A stretch of DNA of 64,000 bases from an uncultured virus (IMG/VR IMGVR_UViG_3300046500_000156) (lineage: Duplodnaviria > Heunggongvirae > Uroviricota > Caudoviricetes > Schitoviridae), in IMG/VR virus record IMGVR_UViG_3300046500_000156. One strand, written 5' to 3'. The translations under genes and the position numbers were made by a program. This document shows positions 25,327-36,589 of the stretch, in pieces. Position 1 is the first letter of the stretch. The number at the start of each line of letters is the position of its first letter. The notes below the pieces were generated by a model that searched no databases, was not told the origin of the DNA, and saw only the letters and a program-made list of their open reading frames with translations.

Positions 25327-25483
25327 CTCAGCAATTCCGATTCCGGTGTGGCATACGCCCACCTATGCGGCGTTTCTCGCCGCCAACCCGCACCTACACA
25401 ATCACTCCAGCCGTACCGTGCTGGATCCGGAGTTGCCGGTGGCCTACCCGGTGGAGGAAGTTAGCAACACTCCTGCAGACTGA
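25319..25483 (+). CDS. hypothetical protein (54 aa)
   Basis: GGAGG RBS. Confidence 0.5.
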   Translation: MANSAIPIPVWHTPTYAAFLAANPHLHNHSSRTVLDPELPVAYPVEEVSNTPAD

Positions 25484-25561
25484 GATGGTGCGGTAGGGCA
25501 CAGTCACGTATCATTCGTCCTACATTCCGTGACCCAGTAATTCTCCTTCGGGGGCGTTACC

Positions 25562-25601
25562 AAGGGGGAGTCAGAGATCCGTTCTCTGGCTCCCCCTTTT
25601 T
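25562..25601 (+). terminator. strong intrinsic terminator ahead of the lysis cassette
   Basis: AAGGGGGAGTCAGAGA/TCTCTGGCTCCCCCTT plus T-tract. Confidence 0.75.
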
Positions 25602-25622
25602 CGTTTACAGCGCTCAAAAACA

Positions 25623-25961
25623 ATGCCGAACGGTTCCTCCCCTGAAGTCCAGCTTGCCGTGCTCGGTGAGCAATTCAAGTTCATCCAGCAAGAGCTGGCG
25701 GAAGCCAAGTCGGCGCGCAAGACCCAGTACGAAAAGATGGAGGAACAGAGCAAGACACTCGCCGTGATGGATGCCCGCATGCAGAAGGTGGAGGCCTCGT
25801 TGCAGGAACAGGCGCCCACCATCCAGGAGTTCATCACCATCAAGCAGCGGGTGGTCGGCGCAGGCTTTGCCGGCCACTGGGCCTGGAAAGCAGGGGGCGC
25901 ACTCATCTGTGTGCTGTGTTACTTCAGAACGGAGATTTTCCGATGGCTCTCAAAAAGCTGA
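25623..25961 (+). CDS. lysis-cassette membrane protein (coiled coil plus C-terminal TM)
   Basis: Architecture and position before holin/endolysin. Confidence 0.6.
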   Translation: MPNGSSPEVQLAVLGEQFKFIQQELAEAKSARKTQYEKMEEQSKTLAVMDARMQKVEASLQEQAPTIQEFITIKQRVVGAGFAGHWAWKAGGALICVLCYFRTEIFRWLSKS

Positions 25962-26206
25962 GCTTGATACCCGAATGGAAACGTGTCTGGAAGATGTACT
26001 CGACGCATGCGCTGAGTATTGCGGGTGCGATTCCAGTGGCCTGGGCTTCGATCCCTGCCGAATGGCAGCAGAGCTGCAAGTGGATGCTCCTCTACCTGGC
26101 TCCGGCTGTAGCGCTGTCTGGAATCATCGGTCGGGTCGTGAGGCAGCAAGGTGTCTCTGGTGCCGCCACTCCAGGTGAGGACTCCTCACCGCAAGAACAA
26201 CAATAG
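25943..26206 (+). CDS. holin
   Basis: LIPEWKRVWKMYS, two TM helices, GRVVRQ tail. Confidence 0.7.
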   Translation: MALKKLSLIPEWKRVWKMYSTHALSIAGAIPVAWASIPAEWQQSCKWMLLYLAPAVALSGIIGRVVRQQGVSGAATPGEDSSPQEQQ

Positions 26207-26219
26207 GAGGAAATGAATT

Positions 26220-26651
26220 GTGTCTGTTACTGACCCAACATATACTGATGGTGATTTGGATGCGGTCACCCGAACTCTCTGGGGCGAGTCCCGTGGAGAG
26301 CCAAGGGAAGGCAAGATCGCGGTCGCTTGGGTAATCAAAAACCGAGTTCTTTCCCCAAAGACATGGTGGGGGAAGGATTACGCAAGCGTCTGCCGGGCGA
26401 AGTTTCAGTTCAGTTGCTGGAACGCCAACGACCCGAACTTCGCCTTTCTTTCGGGTGTGAAGCAGATTCCCAAGTCCGAGTACCAGGAGTGTGAGGGTGC
26501 GGCTCTCCTGGTACTCGCCCACTTCCAGCCGGATAACACGCTGGGTGCGACGCACTACTACGCCAAGAGCATTCTTGCTCCGGCATGGACCCGTAAGGCC
26601 ACTCGCACGGTACAGATCGGAAGCCACATCTTTTACAAGGACGTGCCATGA
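26220..26651 (+). CDS. endolysin, SleB-like cell wall hydrolase (Hydrolase_2)
   Basis: TLWGESRGEP..G.IAVAWVIKNR, QFSCWN, GATHYY, IGSHIFY. Confidence 0.9.
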   Translation: MSVTDPTYTDGDLDAVTRTLWGESRGEPREGKIAVAWVIKNRVLSPKTWWGKDYASVCRAKFQFSCWNANDPNFAFLSGVKQIPKSEYQECEGAALLVLAHFQPDNTLGATHYYAKSILAPAWTRKATRTVQIGSHIFYKDVP

Positions 26652-27184
26652 GCGTTTTGCTCAGGTGCCTGCTCTACGGAGTACTGCCAGCGGCGGTACT
26701 CCTGGCAGCAGGTGAATGGTGCTACTCATCTGGATTGAGTCACGGCAAGGCCGAGATCCAATCCAAATGGGATGCAGAAAAAGCAGCGCAGACCCAGGCC
26801 ACCGACAAGGTGGCCGCTGCCATTGCGCAAAAGGAAAAGACGCATGCCCAGGATACTCAACGTGCAGCCGATGCACTCGAGGCGGCCTCACAGGCTCATG
26901 CGGCTGAGCTTGCTGCTGTGCGCGCTGATGCTGCTCGCAGCGTGCAGCGCAGTGACGCCCGAGCCGCAATTTATCAACGTGAGGCCCAAAGCGGAGCCGC
27001 TGCCTGCAGCGCTCTTGCAAGCCACACAACCGAACTCGACCGATCTCTTGAAGCGGGCCGGGGACTGGTTGGAGAGCTCAGGGCAACTCTTGAACTGCGT
27101 GACCGACAGCTCGTGCAAGTCGGTGAGCAACTGATGGCGGATCGCCGTCTCTTCAACACAGACGCTACGGATCCCGCCCAATGA
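26648..27184 (+). CDS. i-spanin (Rz-like)
   Basis: N-terminal TM plus Ala-rich coiled coil after endolysin. Confidence 0.8.
   Translation: MSVLLRCLLYGVLPAAVLLAAGEWCYSSGLSHGKAEIQSKWDAEKAAQTQATDKVAAAIAQKEKTHAQDTQRAADALEAASQAHAAELAAVRADAARSVQRSDARAAIYQREAQSGAAACSALASHTTELDRSLEAGRGLVGELRATLELRDRQLVQVGEQLMADRRLFNTDATDPAQ
26898..27134 (+). CDS. o-spanin (Rz1-like lipoprotein) embedded in the +1 frame
   Basis: [16 protein letters not shown] lipobox; Pro-rich. Confidence 0.8.
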   Translation: MRLSLLLCALMLLAACSAVTPEPQFINVRPKAEPLPAALLQATQPNSTDLLKRAGDWLESSGQLLNCVTDSSCKSVSN

Positions 27185-29451
27185 CACAACTGCAAACCCA
27201 ATCCCCGGATCAGATCCTGCCATCGACCGCGGTCGAACAGAAGCTGACGAAGTGGGCCAACGAGCCATCGATCCAGGTACTCAAGGGTGACCTGGAAGCG
27301 GCCAAGCCTTCTCATGACGCCCAGATCAGCAAGATCAATCACTGGGTCGAACTGATGGAGGTGAGGGGCAAGGCTGCGCCTCCGAAGATCAAGGGCCGCT
27401 CGTCGGTCCAGCCCAAACTCATTCGCCGGCAAGCCGAGTGGCGGTACGCTGCACTCTCTGAGCCTTTCCTTGGCTCGAACAAGCTCTTCAAGGTCGCCCC
27501 CGTCTCGTGGGAAGACACCAAGTCCGCCCAGCAAAACGAGCTGGTGCTGAACTGGCAATTCCGGACCAAGATGAACCGGGTGAAGTTCATCGACGACTTT
27601 GTGCGCTGCACAGTCGATGAAGGCACCTCCGTCATTCGCCTGGGCTGGAAGCGTGTCACCACCAAGGTCAAGCAGCAGGTGCCGGTGTTTCAGCACTACG
27701 CCATCGAGACACAGGAACAGTTCCAGGCCTTGCAGCAAGCCCTGCAGCTGAGCCAGGAAGATCCGAAGACCTACGCTGAAACGGTGCCGCCAGAGCTGCA
27801 GTCGGCAGTCTCCCACTACCGGGAGACGCAGGAACCGACCTATGCGGTGAAGTCGGGGATGCAGACGATTGAGACCGAGAAGCTGCTCGAGAATCGTCCG
27901 ACAGCTGAAGTTCTCGATGTCCGCAACTTCTATCTGGATCCGAGCTGCAACGGTGACACCTCCAAGGCGCTCTTTGCCATCGTCTCGTTCGAGACCAACA
28001 AGGCGGAGCTGCTCAAGGAACCGCAGCGCTACAAGAATCTGGACCAGGTGAACTGGGAAGGTGCGGCTGCCGTTCAGGAACCGGATCACAGTACCCAGAC
28101 ACCACAGGACTTCCAGTTCAAGGATGCCCTGCGCAAGAAGGTCGTGGCCTACGAATACTGGGGCTTCTACGACATCAATGGGGATGGGACGCTCGTACCC
28201 ATTGTCGCCACGTGGATCGCCAACACGATGATCCGCATGGAGAAGAACCCGTTCCCGGACCAGAAGATTCCGTTCGTGGTGGTGCCGTATCTGCCGATCA
28301 AACGGGCAGCGTATGGTGAGCCTGATGCCGAGATGCTGGAGGAAAACCAGAAGATTCTCGGTGCCGTCACCCGTTCGATGATCGACCTGTTGGGGCGCTC
28401 GGCCAATGCCCAGCAAGGCTTTGCCAAGGGCATGCTCGATGTGGTGAACCGTCGCCGCTTCGATAACGGCCAGGACTACGAGTTCAATCCCAACCTGCCG
28501 GTGCAGCAGGGGCTGATCGAACACAAGATGCCGGAGCTGCCCCAGTCTGCGCTCACCATGGTTCAGCTGATGAACCAGGACGCAGAAGCCCTGACCGGTG
28601 TGAAATCTTTCGCCGGGGGTGTGTCGGGTCAGGCCTATGGCGATGTCGCAGCCGGCATCCGATCGGCACTCGATGCGGCCTCCAAGCGGGAAATGGCGAT
28701 TCTTCGGCGTCTGGCCAAAGGTATGTCCGAGATCGGTGACAAGGTCATCTCGATGAACGGCGCCTTCCTGTCGGACCAGGAAGTGATTCGGGTGACCAAT
28801 GAAGAGTTCGTCACGGTCAACCGGGATGACCTGATCGGCAACTACGATCTGGAAGTGGACATTTCCACCGCGGAAGTCGACAACCAGCAGTCGCAGGATC
28901 TGGCCTTCATGCTGCAGACCCTTGGACCCAAGGGTGATCCGGGCATGGTCTACATGATCCTGGCTCACATTGCCCGCCTCAAACGAATGCCCGATCTGGC
29001 GCATCGGCTGGAGAACTACAAGCCGCAGCCCGATCCGTTCCAGCAGCAGATGCAGGCGCTTGAGCTCAAGGCCAAGCAGTCCGAGATCGACAAGAACGAG
29101 GCCCAGGCCGATCTCTACCGTGCACAGGCCAATGCTGCCGGCACGCAGGCAGACCTGAACAACCTCAACTATGTCGAGCAGGAAACCGGCACCAAGCACG
29201 CACGTGAGATGGAAAAGCAGGCAGGTCAGGCTGAAGGCAACCAGGGACTGGAAGTGACCAAGGCGCTGCTCAAGCCCCGTAAGCAAGCCAACGGTGGTGA
29301 GAGCAAGCCCGATATTCCTGCTGCTGTGGGGTTTAACGCACTGTCGAAAGCCCAGTCCGGTGCTGGACAGCAAGGTGTGTCAGCCCCTACAATTCCGCAA
29401 GGTAACTTGGAGGGAGCGCCAAGCGCTCAACCTCTGCCGGTACCGGCTTAA
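27181..29451 (+). CDS. portal protein (N4 gp59-like)
   Basis: [25 protein letters not shown]; 756 aa. Confidence 0.95.
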   Translation: MTQLQTQSPDQILPSTAVEQKLTKWANEPSIQVLKGDLEAAKPSHDAQISKINHWVELMEVRGKAAPPKIKGRSSVQPKLIRRQAEWRYAALSEPFLGSNKLFKVAPVSWEDTKSAQQNELVLNWQFRTKMNRVKFIDDFVRCTVDEGTSVIRLGWKRVTTKVKQQVPVFQHYAIETQEQFQALQQALQLSQEDPKTYAETVPPELQSAVSHYRETQEPTYAVKSGMQTIETEKLLENRPTAEVLDVRNFYLDPSCNGDTSKALFAIVSFETNKAELLKEPQRYKNLDQVNWEGAAAVQEPDHSTQTPQDFQFKDALRKKVVAYEYWGFYDINGDGTLVPIVATWIANTMIRMEKNPFPDQKIPFVVVPYLPIKRAAYGEPDAEMLEENQKILGAVTRSMIDLLGRSANAQQGFAKGMLDVVNRRRFDNGQDYEFNPNLPVQQGLIEHKMPELPQSALTMVQLMNQDAEALTGVKSFAGGVSGQAYGDVAAGIRSALDAASKREMAILRRLAKGMSEIGDKVISMNGAFLSDQEVIRVTNEEFVTVNRDDLIGNYDLEVDISTAEVDNQQSQDLAFMLQTLGPKGDPGMVYMILAHIARLKRMPDLAHRLENYKPQPDPFQQQMQALELKAKQSEIDKNEAQADLYRAQANAAGTQADLNNLNYVEQETGTKHAREMEKQAGQAEGNQGLEVTKALLKPRKQANGGESKPDIPAAVGFNALSKAQSGAGQQGVSAPTIPQGNLEGAPSAQPLPVPA

Positions 29452-29486
29452 ACGGGATTTCCCCAAACCTAACTTTATAGTCAAGG

Positions 29487-29852
29487 ATGACTCAAACCAT
29501 GCAAGAAATCACCAAGCTCCAACACTGCGAAGCGCAACTGGAGTCGGCCAAACAAAAGGTCGCCTTCCGGGATGCGATCATCAAACTCATGGACAACCGT
29601 GAGTTTCGTAAGGTTGTGCGAGAAGGGTTCATGGTGACCGCTGCGGCGGACTATGCGCGTGAGTCGGGCAACCCGGCAATCAATGAGCGGCAACGTGCCG
29701 ACGCACTGGCACTGGCCCAGGCGCCGGGTCACTTCAAGCGGTGGCTCAATGCCCAGCTGATGATGGGCGATAACGCGCAAAGCGAGATCGTCGAGATCGA
29801 GGAAGTCATGGAAACGATTCGCTCGGGCACCTACGACGAGGAGGCTGAATAA
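29487..29852 (+). CDS. conserved N4-like protein between portal and gp57
   Basis: L..N.EFRKVV.EGF motif; synteny. Confidence 0.7.
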   Translation: MTQTMQEITKLQHCEAQLESAKQKVAFRDAIIKLMDNREFRKVVREGFMVTAAADYARESGNPAINERQRADALALAQAPGHFKRWLNAQLMMGDNAQSEIVEIEEVMETIRSGTYDEEAE

Positions 29853-29854
29853 AC

Positions 29855-31120
29855 ATGCCGGATATCACAGCGGAGAAACAGAATCCGCTGGCGATGTCGG
29901 ATGAAGACTTCCTGAACCAGGTGCCCCCTGGTTCCGAGACTCAAGCAGAGTCGGTTCAGGAAGTCTCCACTGACACCTCCAGCGAAGTCAACAAAGACGC
30001 GGCTCAAGTCGACACGAGTTCAACTGAAGTTGAAACCGAGTCAACTGTTGCATCAACGCAAGTTGCCTCTAGTAAAGAGGGTGCGATTGATGTTAACGTT
30101 CAGCCCAACGTAGCAACCACGGAAGTCAAGCAGGACAGCGAGCAGGAAGCAGCGACTGCAAGCGATCCGAACGCCAAGCCGGCAGGTGAGGCCAAGGACG
30201 CCCAGGGCAAGGATCAGGCGGGCACGTCTGAAACCAAGCCAGCTGATCAGAGCGCTGCTGTTGACTACGAAGCGTTCTACAAGCAGGTGATGGCGCCCTT
30301 CAAGGCAAACGGCAAGATGATCGAGCTTCGGGATGTCAACGAAGCGATCCAGCTGATGCAGATGGGGGCGAACTACACCCGCAAGATGCAAGACATCACA
30401 GCACATCGCAAGACGTTGCTGATGCTGGAAAACGCTCAGCTGCTGGACCCGGACAAGCTCTCGTTTCTGATCGACATCAATAACGGTGACCCTGCGGCAA
30501 TCCAGAAGCTGATGAAGGACAAGGGGGTGGACCCTCTGTCCATCGATACCAGCGAAGATTCAAACTACCTTGGTGGAAATCACAAGGTCAGTGATGAAGA
30601 AGCGAATTTCCGCACCACCCTGGACGAGTTGAACTCGCACCAGGACGGCAAAGCGACGCTTCAGACCATCAACTCGACGTGGGATCAGGCCAGTAAGGAA
30701 GTGCTTTGGAAGCAGCCTCAGATCATGCAGGTGATGCACCAGCAACGCGAGAACGGCATCTACGACCGTATCGCAGCTGAAGTGAATCGCCAGCGGACGC
30801 TCGGGATGCTTTCTGCCGAAACTCCGTTCATCCAAGCCTATAAGGAAGTGGGTGACCGGTTGCAAGCGGCGGGCGCTTTCAACGACCTGGTCAAACCTGT
30901 CGCACCGAACGTTCCCTCCACTGGCTCCGCAGTCGCAGCGACCGCTGTGAAAGAGCCTGTTGCAACGCGGGTCGTCACTCCCAAACCGGCTGTCTCGAAC
31001 GGGGATCAGGCAAGTGCTGCTGCGGCAACGCGAAGCACTCCCCGTGAAGTCAAGAAGCTCATCAATCCGCTCGCCATGAGCGATGAGGAGTTCTTGAAGC
31101 AGATGGAAAACCGTGTTTGA
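29855..31120 (+). CDS. N4 gp57-like protein (probable scaffold)
   Basis: NPLAMSDE(D/E)FL at both termini; PFKANGK, LMQMGANYTRKMQ. Confidence 0.85.
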   Translation: MPDITAEKQNPLAMSDEDFLNQVPPGSETQAESVQEVSTDTSSEVNKDAAQVDTSSTEVETESTVASTQVASSKEGAIDVNVQPNVATTEVKQDSEQEAATASDPNAKPAGEAKDAQGKDQAGTSETKPADQSAAVDYEAFYKQVMAPFKANGKMIELRDVNEAIQLMQMGANYTRKMQDITAHRKTLLMLENAQLLDPDKLSFLIDINNGDPAAIQKLMKDKGVDPLSIDTSEDSNYLGGNHKVSDEEANFRTTLDELNSHQDGKATLQTINSTWDQASKEVLWKQPQIMQVMHQQRENGIYDRIAAEVNRQRTLGMLSAETPFIQAYKEVGDRLQAAGAFNDLVKPVAPNVPSTGSAVAATAVKEPVATRVVTPKPAVSNGDQASAAAATRSTPREVKKLINPLAMSDEEFLKQMENRV

Positions 31121-31136
31121 TAAGGGAACCTGACCC

Positions 31137-32369
31137 ATGCCTTTGAATTACAACTCGCCCGTAGACGGGCAAAAGTCGAGCATCGATTCGGCTTCCTCGG
31201 ATCAGATGCAAACGTTCTTCTGGCTGAAGAAGGCGATCATCACCGCGCGCAAAGAGCAGTACTTCATGCCGCTTGCCTCGGTGACGAACATGCCGAAGAA
31301 CTTCGGCAAGAAGATCAAGATGTACGAGTACGTGCCGCTGCTCGATGATCGAAACATCAACGATCAGGGTATCGACGCCACCGGCGCCACGATTGCCAAC
31401 GGCAATCTGTACGGCTCCTCGAAGGACATCGGCACGATCACCAACAAGCTGCCGACGCTCACCGAAAACGGTGGCCGTGTGAACCGGGTGGGTTTCACCC
31501 GTCTGGAACGTGAAGGCTCGATCCACAAGTTCGGCTTCTTCACCGAGTTCACGCAAGAGTCGCTCGACTTCGATTCGGACGCGGAGCTCATGAGCCACCT
31601 GTCCACGGAGCTCATGAACGGCGCCGTGCAGATGACCGAAGCGGTCCTGCAAAAGGATCTGCTCGCCGCTCCGGGTGTCGTGCTCTTCGCAGGCGCAGCC
31701 ACGGCTGATGCGGAAGTTACCGGTGAAATCACGCCGGCTGCTGGTGCGGTGCCGGAGATCCCGGCCTCGGTGGTGTCGTATAAGAACCTGATGCGTCTGG
31801 ATCAGATTCTCACCGACAACCGCACGCCGACCTCGACGACCATCATCACGGGTTCCCGTCTGGTGGACACGAAGGTGATCGGTGCTACCCGCATCATGTA
31901 CGTGGGTTCGGAGCTGGTGCCGGCGCTCATGGAAATGAAGGATCTCTTCGGCAACAAGGCCTTCATCGAAATCCAGCACTACGCCGATGCAGGCACGGTC
32001 CTGAACGGCGAAGTCGGCACCATCGGCAAGTTCCGCCTGATCCAGGTGCCGGAAATGCTGCACTGGGCAGGCGCTGGTGCGGCAGTGGTCGACAACCCCG
32101 GCTATCGCAGCTCGATGAAGGGCGGTGTCGATCACTACGACATCTACCCGATGCTCTGTATCGGTGACGATTCGTTCAGTACCATCGGCTTCCAGACGGA
32201 CGGCAAGACGGTCAAGTTCAACGTGCTCACCAAGATGCCCGGTGCAGCCACGGCGGACAAGACCGATCCGTACGGTGAAGTCGGCTTCAGCTCGATCAAG
32301 TGGTACTACGGTATCTTGATCAAGCGCCCGGAGCGTATCGCACTGGTCAAGACGGTCGCCCCGGTCTAA
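31137..32369 (+). CDS. major capsid protein (N4 gp56-like)
   Basis: [44 protein letters not shown]. Confidence 0.97.
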   Translation: MPLNYNSPVDGQKSSIDSASSDQMQTFFWLKKAIITARKEQYFMPLASVTNMPKNFGKKIKMYEYVPLLDDRNINDQGIDATGATIANGNLYGSSKDIGTITNKLPTLTENGGRVNRVGFTRLEREGSIHKFGFFTEFTQESLDFDSDAELMSHLSTELMNGAVQMTEAVLQKDLLAAPGVVLFAGAATADAEVTGEITPAAGAVPEIPASVVSYKNLMRLDQILTDNRTPTSTTIITGSRLVDTKVIGATRIMYVGSELVPALMEMKDLFGNKAFIEIQHYADAGTVLNGEVGTIGKFRLIQVPEMLHWAGAGAAVVDNPGYRSSMKGGVDHYDIYPMLCIGDDSFSTIGFQTDGKTVKFNVLTKMPGAATADKTDPYGEVGFSSIKWYYGILIKRPERIALVKTVAPV

Positions 32370-32381
32370 AGCGGGTTAGCT

Positions 32382-32430
32382 GAACCAGAGGAAAGGAGAT
32401 TGTCCCCGGCAGTCTCCTTTCCCTTGGCTC
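32382..32430 (+). repeat. long hairpin after the capsid gene
   Basis: GAACCAGAGGAAAGGAGATTG / CAGTCTCCTTTCCCTTGGCTC, built from two inverted copies of the genome-wide motif. Confidence 0.65.
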
Positions 32431-32455
32431 CAACGAAAGAGTACAAGGAATCATC

Positions 32456-33073
32456 ATGAGCGAACTCCTGCAAGATCCGGCTGAAAATCAGCCCACCGAA
32501 CTCCAGCTGCTGAAAGAACGCGCCAAGTTGATGGGCATCGTCTTCAGCAACAACATCTCCGTGGACACCTTGAAGGCGAAGATCGCCGAGAAGATGGGTG
32601 AGTCCGACGACCCCGCACCGATCCCGGCCACCGAAGTCCAGAAGGCCAATCCCCTGGCGGGCCAAGACAAGCCGGTCAAGCGCAAGTCGCTGCGTCAGCA
32701 TCTGCACGACGAGAACATGCGTCTCGTGCGTGTGCGTATCCAGTGTCTGGATCCGAAGAAGGCCAACCTGCCGGGCGAACTGCTCACGGTGGCCAACGAG
32801 CACCTGGGCAATGTGCGCAAGTTCGTGCCCTACGGTGAAGCGACCGAAGGCGGCTATCACCTGCCGTACATCCTCTACAAGACGCTCGATGCACGCAAGT
32901 TCCTGAACATCCGCACGGTCAAGGACAAGAAGACCGGTGTCACCCGTCCGGTGACGAGCTGGAACAAGGAATTCGCCATCGACGTGCTGCCCCCGCTCAC
33001 CGAAGCCGAGCTCAAGCAGCTGGCCACGGCCCAGATGGCAGCAGGCTCCATCGAATCGACCGTCGAAGAGTAA
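32456..33073 (+). CDS. N4 gp55-like protein
   Basis: LKERAKLMGI.FSNNI; VLPPLT..EL..LA. Confidence 0.85.
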   Translation: MSELLQDPAENQPTELQLLKERAKLMGIVFSNNISVDTLKAKIAEKMGESDDPAPIPATEVQKANPLAGQDKPVKRKSLRQHLHDENMRLVRVRIQCLDPKKANLPGELLTVANEHLGNVRKFVPYGEATEGGYHLPYILYKTLDARKFLNIRTVKDKKTGVTRPVTSWNKEFAIDVLPPLTEAELKQLATAQMAAGSIESTVEE

Positions 33074-33108
33074 GTAGCCAGATCGCCACTCATCGCCACT
33101 CGTATCGA

Positions 33109-33142
33109 GGCCCGCTCAATCACTGGGCGGGCCTTTTGTTTT
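33109..33142 (+). terminator. intrinsic terminator
   Basis: AGGCCCGCTCA/TGGGCGGGCCT plus TTTGTTTT. Confidence 0.75.
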
Positions 33143-33159
33143 GAACCAGGAAAAAGACC

Positions 33160-34020
33160 ATGCCCGCACCGTATGGCATCGATACCGATGCAAACCTGAT
33201 CTACAGTCTGCTGCTCGCTGCCACGCCCATTGCCGTGGATCCACTCGATCTCACCGACAATGTGTTCAATGTCCCCTCGGACACGAACTCGGCGGCATAT
33301 CAGGAAATCCAGAAGCTCACCAATGCGGATTACACCGAAGGTGCCATTGACGGTAAGGGCACCTTCGATGTGATGATGCAGGGTGTCAAAGCGCAGCTGA
33401 TGGAGGAATACTCGAAGGGCCGCATTACTGCAGCGGAGTACACCAAGGCGTATGTGGCCCTGGTTCAGAGCACGCAACAGAATGCCACCCAGTATCTGCT
33501 CGGTCGGGACCAGGCGTACTGGCAAGGTGTGCAGGCCCAGATCGCCGCAGTCACTGCTCGCGTGGAACTGGCGACGGCCAAGTATCAGGCGGTGGCTGCT
33601 CGCATTGCAGCAGAGACCGGCAAGGCCAACCTTGCGCTCACGAAAGCCAAGCTCGGCACGGAAGACGCCCAGTTCGGCCAGCTCAAGTACCAGATCGACA
33701 ATCTGCTGCCGGCCCAGCTCGCCCAGCTGCAACAGCAGCTCAAGCTCCTCACCGAGCAGACCGAGGCACAGCGTGCGCAGACGATGGACACGCGCACCGA
33801 TGGGGCACAGGTCACGGGTTCGGTGGGCAAGCAAAAGGCGCTCTACGATCAGCAGATCACGAGCTACAAGCGCGATGCCGAGACCAAGGTGGCGAAGCTC
33901 TTCTCCGATGCCTGGACGGTGCAGAAGTCGGTCGATGAGGGTCTCACCGCACCGGATGCGTTCACCAACACCACGGTGAACACGGTTCTGCAGAACCTCA
34001 AGACCAACAGCGGACTGTAA
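33160..34020 (+). CDS. N4 gp54-like tail/structural protein
   Basis: G.GTFDVMM, EY.KGRIT..EY, GKQK.LY.QQI.SYKRD. Confidence 0.85.
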   Translation: MPAPYGIDTDANLIYSLLLAATPIAVDPLDLTDNVFNVPSDTNSAAYQEIQKLTNADYTEGAIDGKGTFDVMMQGVKAQLMEEYSKGRITAAEYTKAYVALVQSTQQNATQYLLGRDQAYWQGVQAQIAAVTARVELATAKYQAVAARIAAETGKANLALTKAKLGTEDAQFGQLKYQIDNLLPAQLAQLQQQLKLLTEQTEAQRAQTMDTRTDGAQVTGSVGKQKALYDQQITSYKRDAETKVAKLFSDAWTVQKSVDEGLTAPDAFTNTTVNTVLQNLKTNSGL

Positions 34021-34024
34021 AGCC

Positions 34025-36577
34025 ATGGGACTGTTCGGTGGCAGCTCGACCACGTTTGTCTCCTCGTCCATCTACAACATGGCCGGAGATGTCAACAAGC
34101 GGCCCAACTTCCTGAGTTCCACCATTGCCGCTGCGGCCATGGGAGACACCGGTGAATCGATGGGCGACTCAATCCGGGAGGCTTACAAGAACGGTCCCGG
34201 CTCAACGCTGCGCTCCTTTGCCCGCTGGGCCGCGGGCAGTTCGGGCTATGACGACACCATTGGTCTGGTGTCTGGCTCCCTCGTGACCGGCGACTCGCTG
34301 GATAACAATGCGCTTGCCGAGCAGATCCGTATGTCGGTAGGTGCGCCGGCAGGCTACACGGCGGCCATCCAGTCCAGTGAGATCGGCTACGGGGATATTT
34401 CCTGGTGGGCTGAGCGGCGCATTCTCGCCACCCACCCGACGCTCGTGCACACGAACTGGCACTGTGATTACGTCGATGGCCAGGCGGTGATCACCTACGC
34501 TGACGGAACCAAGGAGACCTTCACACCGACCGGTTTCAGTCCGGATACCCGGTTCCTCTTTGCCGCCTACACCCTGAATGCGGGGGAAGTCGCCGGCGCT
34601 GTGGTGCAGGGTGCACAGGTCAATCTCAATGCCACCGCGGCATTTCCCGACTCGACCGGCTGGACACTCGTCTCCAACACGATGACGCCGGTCACGCTCA
34701 CGCTCTCCAGCACCACGGTGCAGGGCATGAACACGAACACCGTGTTCCAGAAGACCACCTACAACGGGATCGATCCGGTCAATCCGGCTCGCACGCACTC
34801 CACCCGTCAGACCATGACGATGGTGCAGACGATGACGGTCTCGGGCGGCAATCCGGTCACCACCCGCTGGTATCGGATCGACACGCAGGACATCACCAAC
34901 GCAAGCCAGGGCGGGCTGCAGGTCTTCATTTATCCCCTTGGCTCAGGCAACGCCGTGCTGGATGCGATGTTCAATCCGCCGGCCAACATGGGGACGTTCT
35001 TCCCGTATATCCCGGTTCGCATCGACAACAAGATGGTGTCGGACACGTACCAGCCCGAGGTGTACTCGATGGCCAAGCGTGCCTACAAGCGAGCCACGGG
35101 AAAGCGCTTTGACGATCTCATCGACAAGATCAATGACAACGAGTCGATTGGTGACATCGACTATGCCTACGTGGTGTTTGGGGTGTCGGCGAACGTGGCC
35201 GAGGTGTCGGCCAAGAAATACATCTGGGCGTTCTTCCAGTCGATCATGGATTCGGCTTCCTTCAGCCGCCATGCCTATACCCAGTTCAAGACGAAGTGGG
35301 CAGAAGCACAGGCGAGCCAGCAAGACTATGCCGACTGGGTGGCCGGGGGTGGCACCGGGGGTGCGGCGCCAGTGGTCATACCTTTTCCGCCCCTGCCGAT
35401 CCAGTCCATCGAGATCAAGACATCGAACACCAGCAGTCTGAACTTCGACATGCTGATCTCGTGGAACGGGGTCGAGTCGAGCTTTGGCACGGGGCTGGTG
35501 GATCCGGCCCACAAGGTGGGGGATATCTGGTGGAAGATCAACGGGGCTGATACGTTCTCCCAGACGATCTCCACGACCCAGGATCCGACTGTGCTGCCCT
35601 TTGTCACCAGCCACCAGGTGCCCAATGTCACGCTCTACTGGCAGGTGGATGAGAACAACTGGAAGGCGCTCACGCTCTATGGACTGAAGCATCAGAACTT
35701 CATCTACAACGGCAAGTCGGTGGATATCTCCATCACCGATGCGATCAACGACACGGAAGAGTCGGGATTCATCATTCCGCTCAATGCCGAGATCTACAAG
35801 TCGATGTCGCTCACCGATGCCACGCAGATGGCAACCGCCTGTGTCTACCTGGTCTTCAACTGTTACCAGGTGGTCAAGCAGAAGTGGTATCAGACCGGGC
35901 TCTTTCAGATCGTCATGATCATCATCATCATCGTGATCACGGTGCTCAGCTGGGGTACGGCTACCGGGCCTGCTACTGCGGCGTATGGTGCGATCGGGGC
36001 CGCAATTGGTCTGACAGGCACAGCGGCGATCATTGCCGGCTTTGTCATCTCGATGATCGCAGCGATGATCCTGATGAAGCTGATTGGCATTGCCGCGAAA
36101 GCTGCATTCGGTGACAAGGTGGGCGCCATCGTCTCGGCGGTGGCCTCAATCGTCATGATCGTCTATGGCGCAGGGGTGGCCAATGGCGGCGGGTTTGCCG
36201 AAGGTGTATCACAACTTACCTCACCTCAGAACCTGCTGGCGATCACCAATGCAGTGGGTGACGGCATTGTCCAGTATCAGCAAGCTGAAATTTCAGACAT
36301 TGCGCAACAGACGCAGGACATGCTGGGTCAGTACAATACGCAGATGAAAGCGGTGGCGGACAAGTACGCCGACACCTTTGGGAGCGGTGTCACCCTGATC
36401 GACCCGCTCGCCGTGACCGAGGCTTCGACCTCCTCGCATGCGATGGTCATCGAACCTCCTTCAGCCTTCCTGAACAGAACACTGATGACGGGCTCCGACA
36501 TTGCGGAGCTGAACTCCACGCTGATCTCCGAGTTCACGTCATTGACTCTGGACATCAACCAAAACCTTGCTACGTAA
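34025..36577 (+). CDS. N4 gp53-like structural protein
   Basis: MGLFG...VSS..YNMAG; KWYQTG.F followed by hydrophobic segments. Confidence 0.85.
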   Translation: MGLFGGSSTTFVSSSIYNMAGDVNKRPNFLSSTIAAAAMGDTGESMGDSIREAYKNGPGSTLRSFARWAAGSSGYDDTIGLVSGSLVTGDSLDNNALAEQIRMSVGAPAGYTAAIQSSEIGYGDISWWAERRILATHPTLVHTNWHCDYVDGQAVITYADGTKETFTPTGFSPDTRFLFAAYTLNAGEVAGAVVQGAQVNLNATAAFPDSTGWTLVSNTMTPVTLTLSSTTVQGMNTNTVFQKTTYNGIDPVNPARTHSTRQTMTMVQTMTVSGGNPVTTRWYRIDTQDITNASQGGLQVFIYPLGSGNAVLDAMFNPPANMGTFFPYIPVRIDNKMVSDTYQPEVYSMAKRAYKRATGKRFDDLIDKINDNESIGDIDYAYVVFGVSANVAEVSAKKYIWAFFQSIMDSASFSRHAYTQFKTKWAEAQASQQDYADWVAGGGTGGAAPVVIPFPPLPIQSIEIKTSNTSSLNFDMLISWNGVESSFGTGLVDPAHKVGDIWWKINGADTFSQTISTTQDPTVLPFVTSHQVPNVTLYWQVDENNWKALTLYGLKHQNFIYNGKSVDISITDAINDTEESGFIIPLNAEIYKSMSLTDATQMATACVYLVFNCYQVVKQKWYQTGLFQIVMIIIIIVITVLSWGTATGPATAAYGAIGAAIGLTGTAAIIAGFVISMIAAMILMKLIGIAAKAAFGDKVGAIVSAVASIVMIVYGAGVANGGGFAEGVSQLTSPQNLLAITNAVGDGIVQYQQAEISDIAQQTQDMLGQYNTQMKAVADKYADTFGSGVTLIDPLAVTEASTSSHAMVIEPPSAFLNRTLMTGSDIAELNSTLISEFTSLTLDINQNLAT

Positions 36578-36589
36578 GGAACCAGAGAA

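Noticed and set aside
26974..29373. 799-aa minus-strand ORF, and similar long shadow ORFs opposite vRNAP, primase and helicase
   Set aside because: Antisense to well-supported genes; a by-product of GC-rich codon bias with no recognisable motifs.
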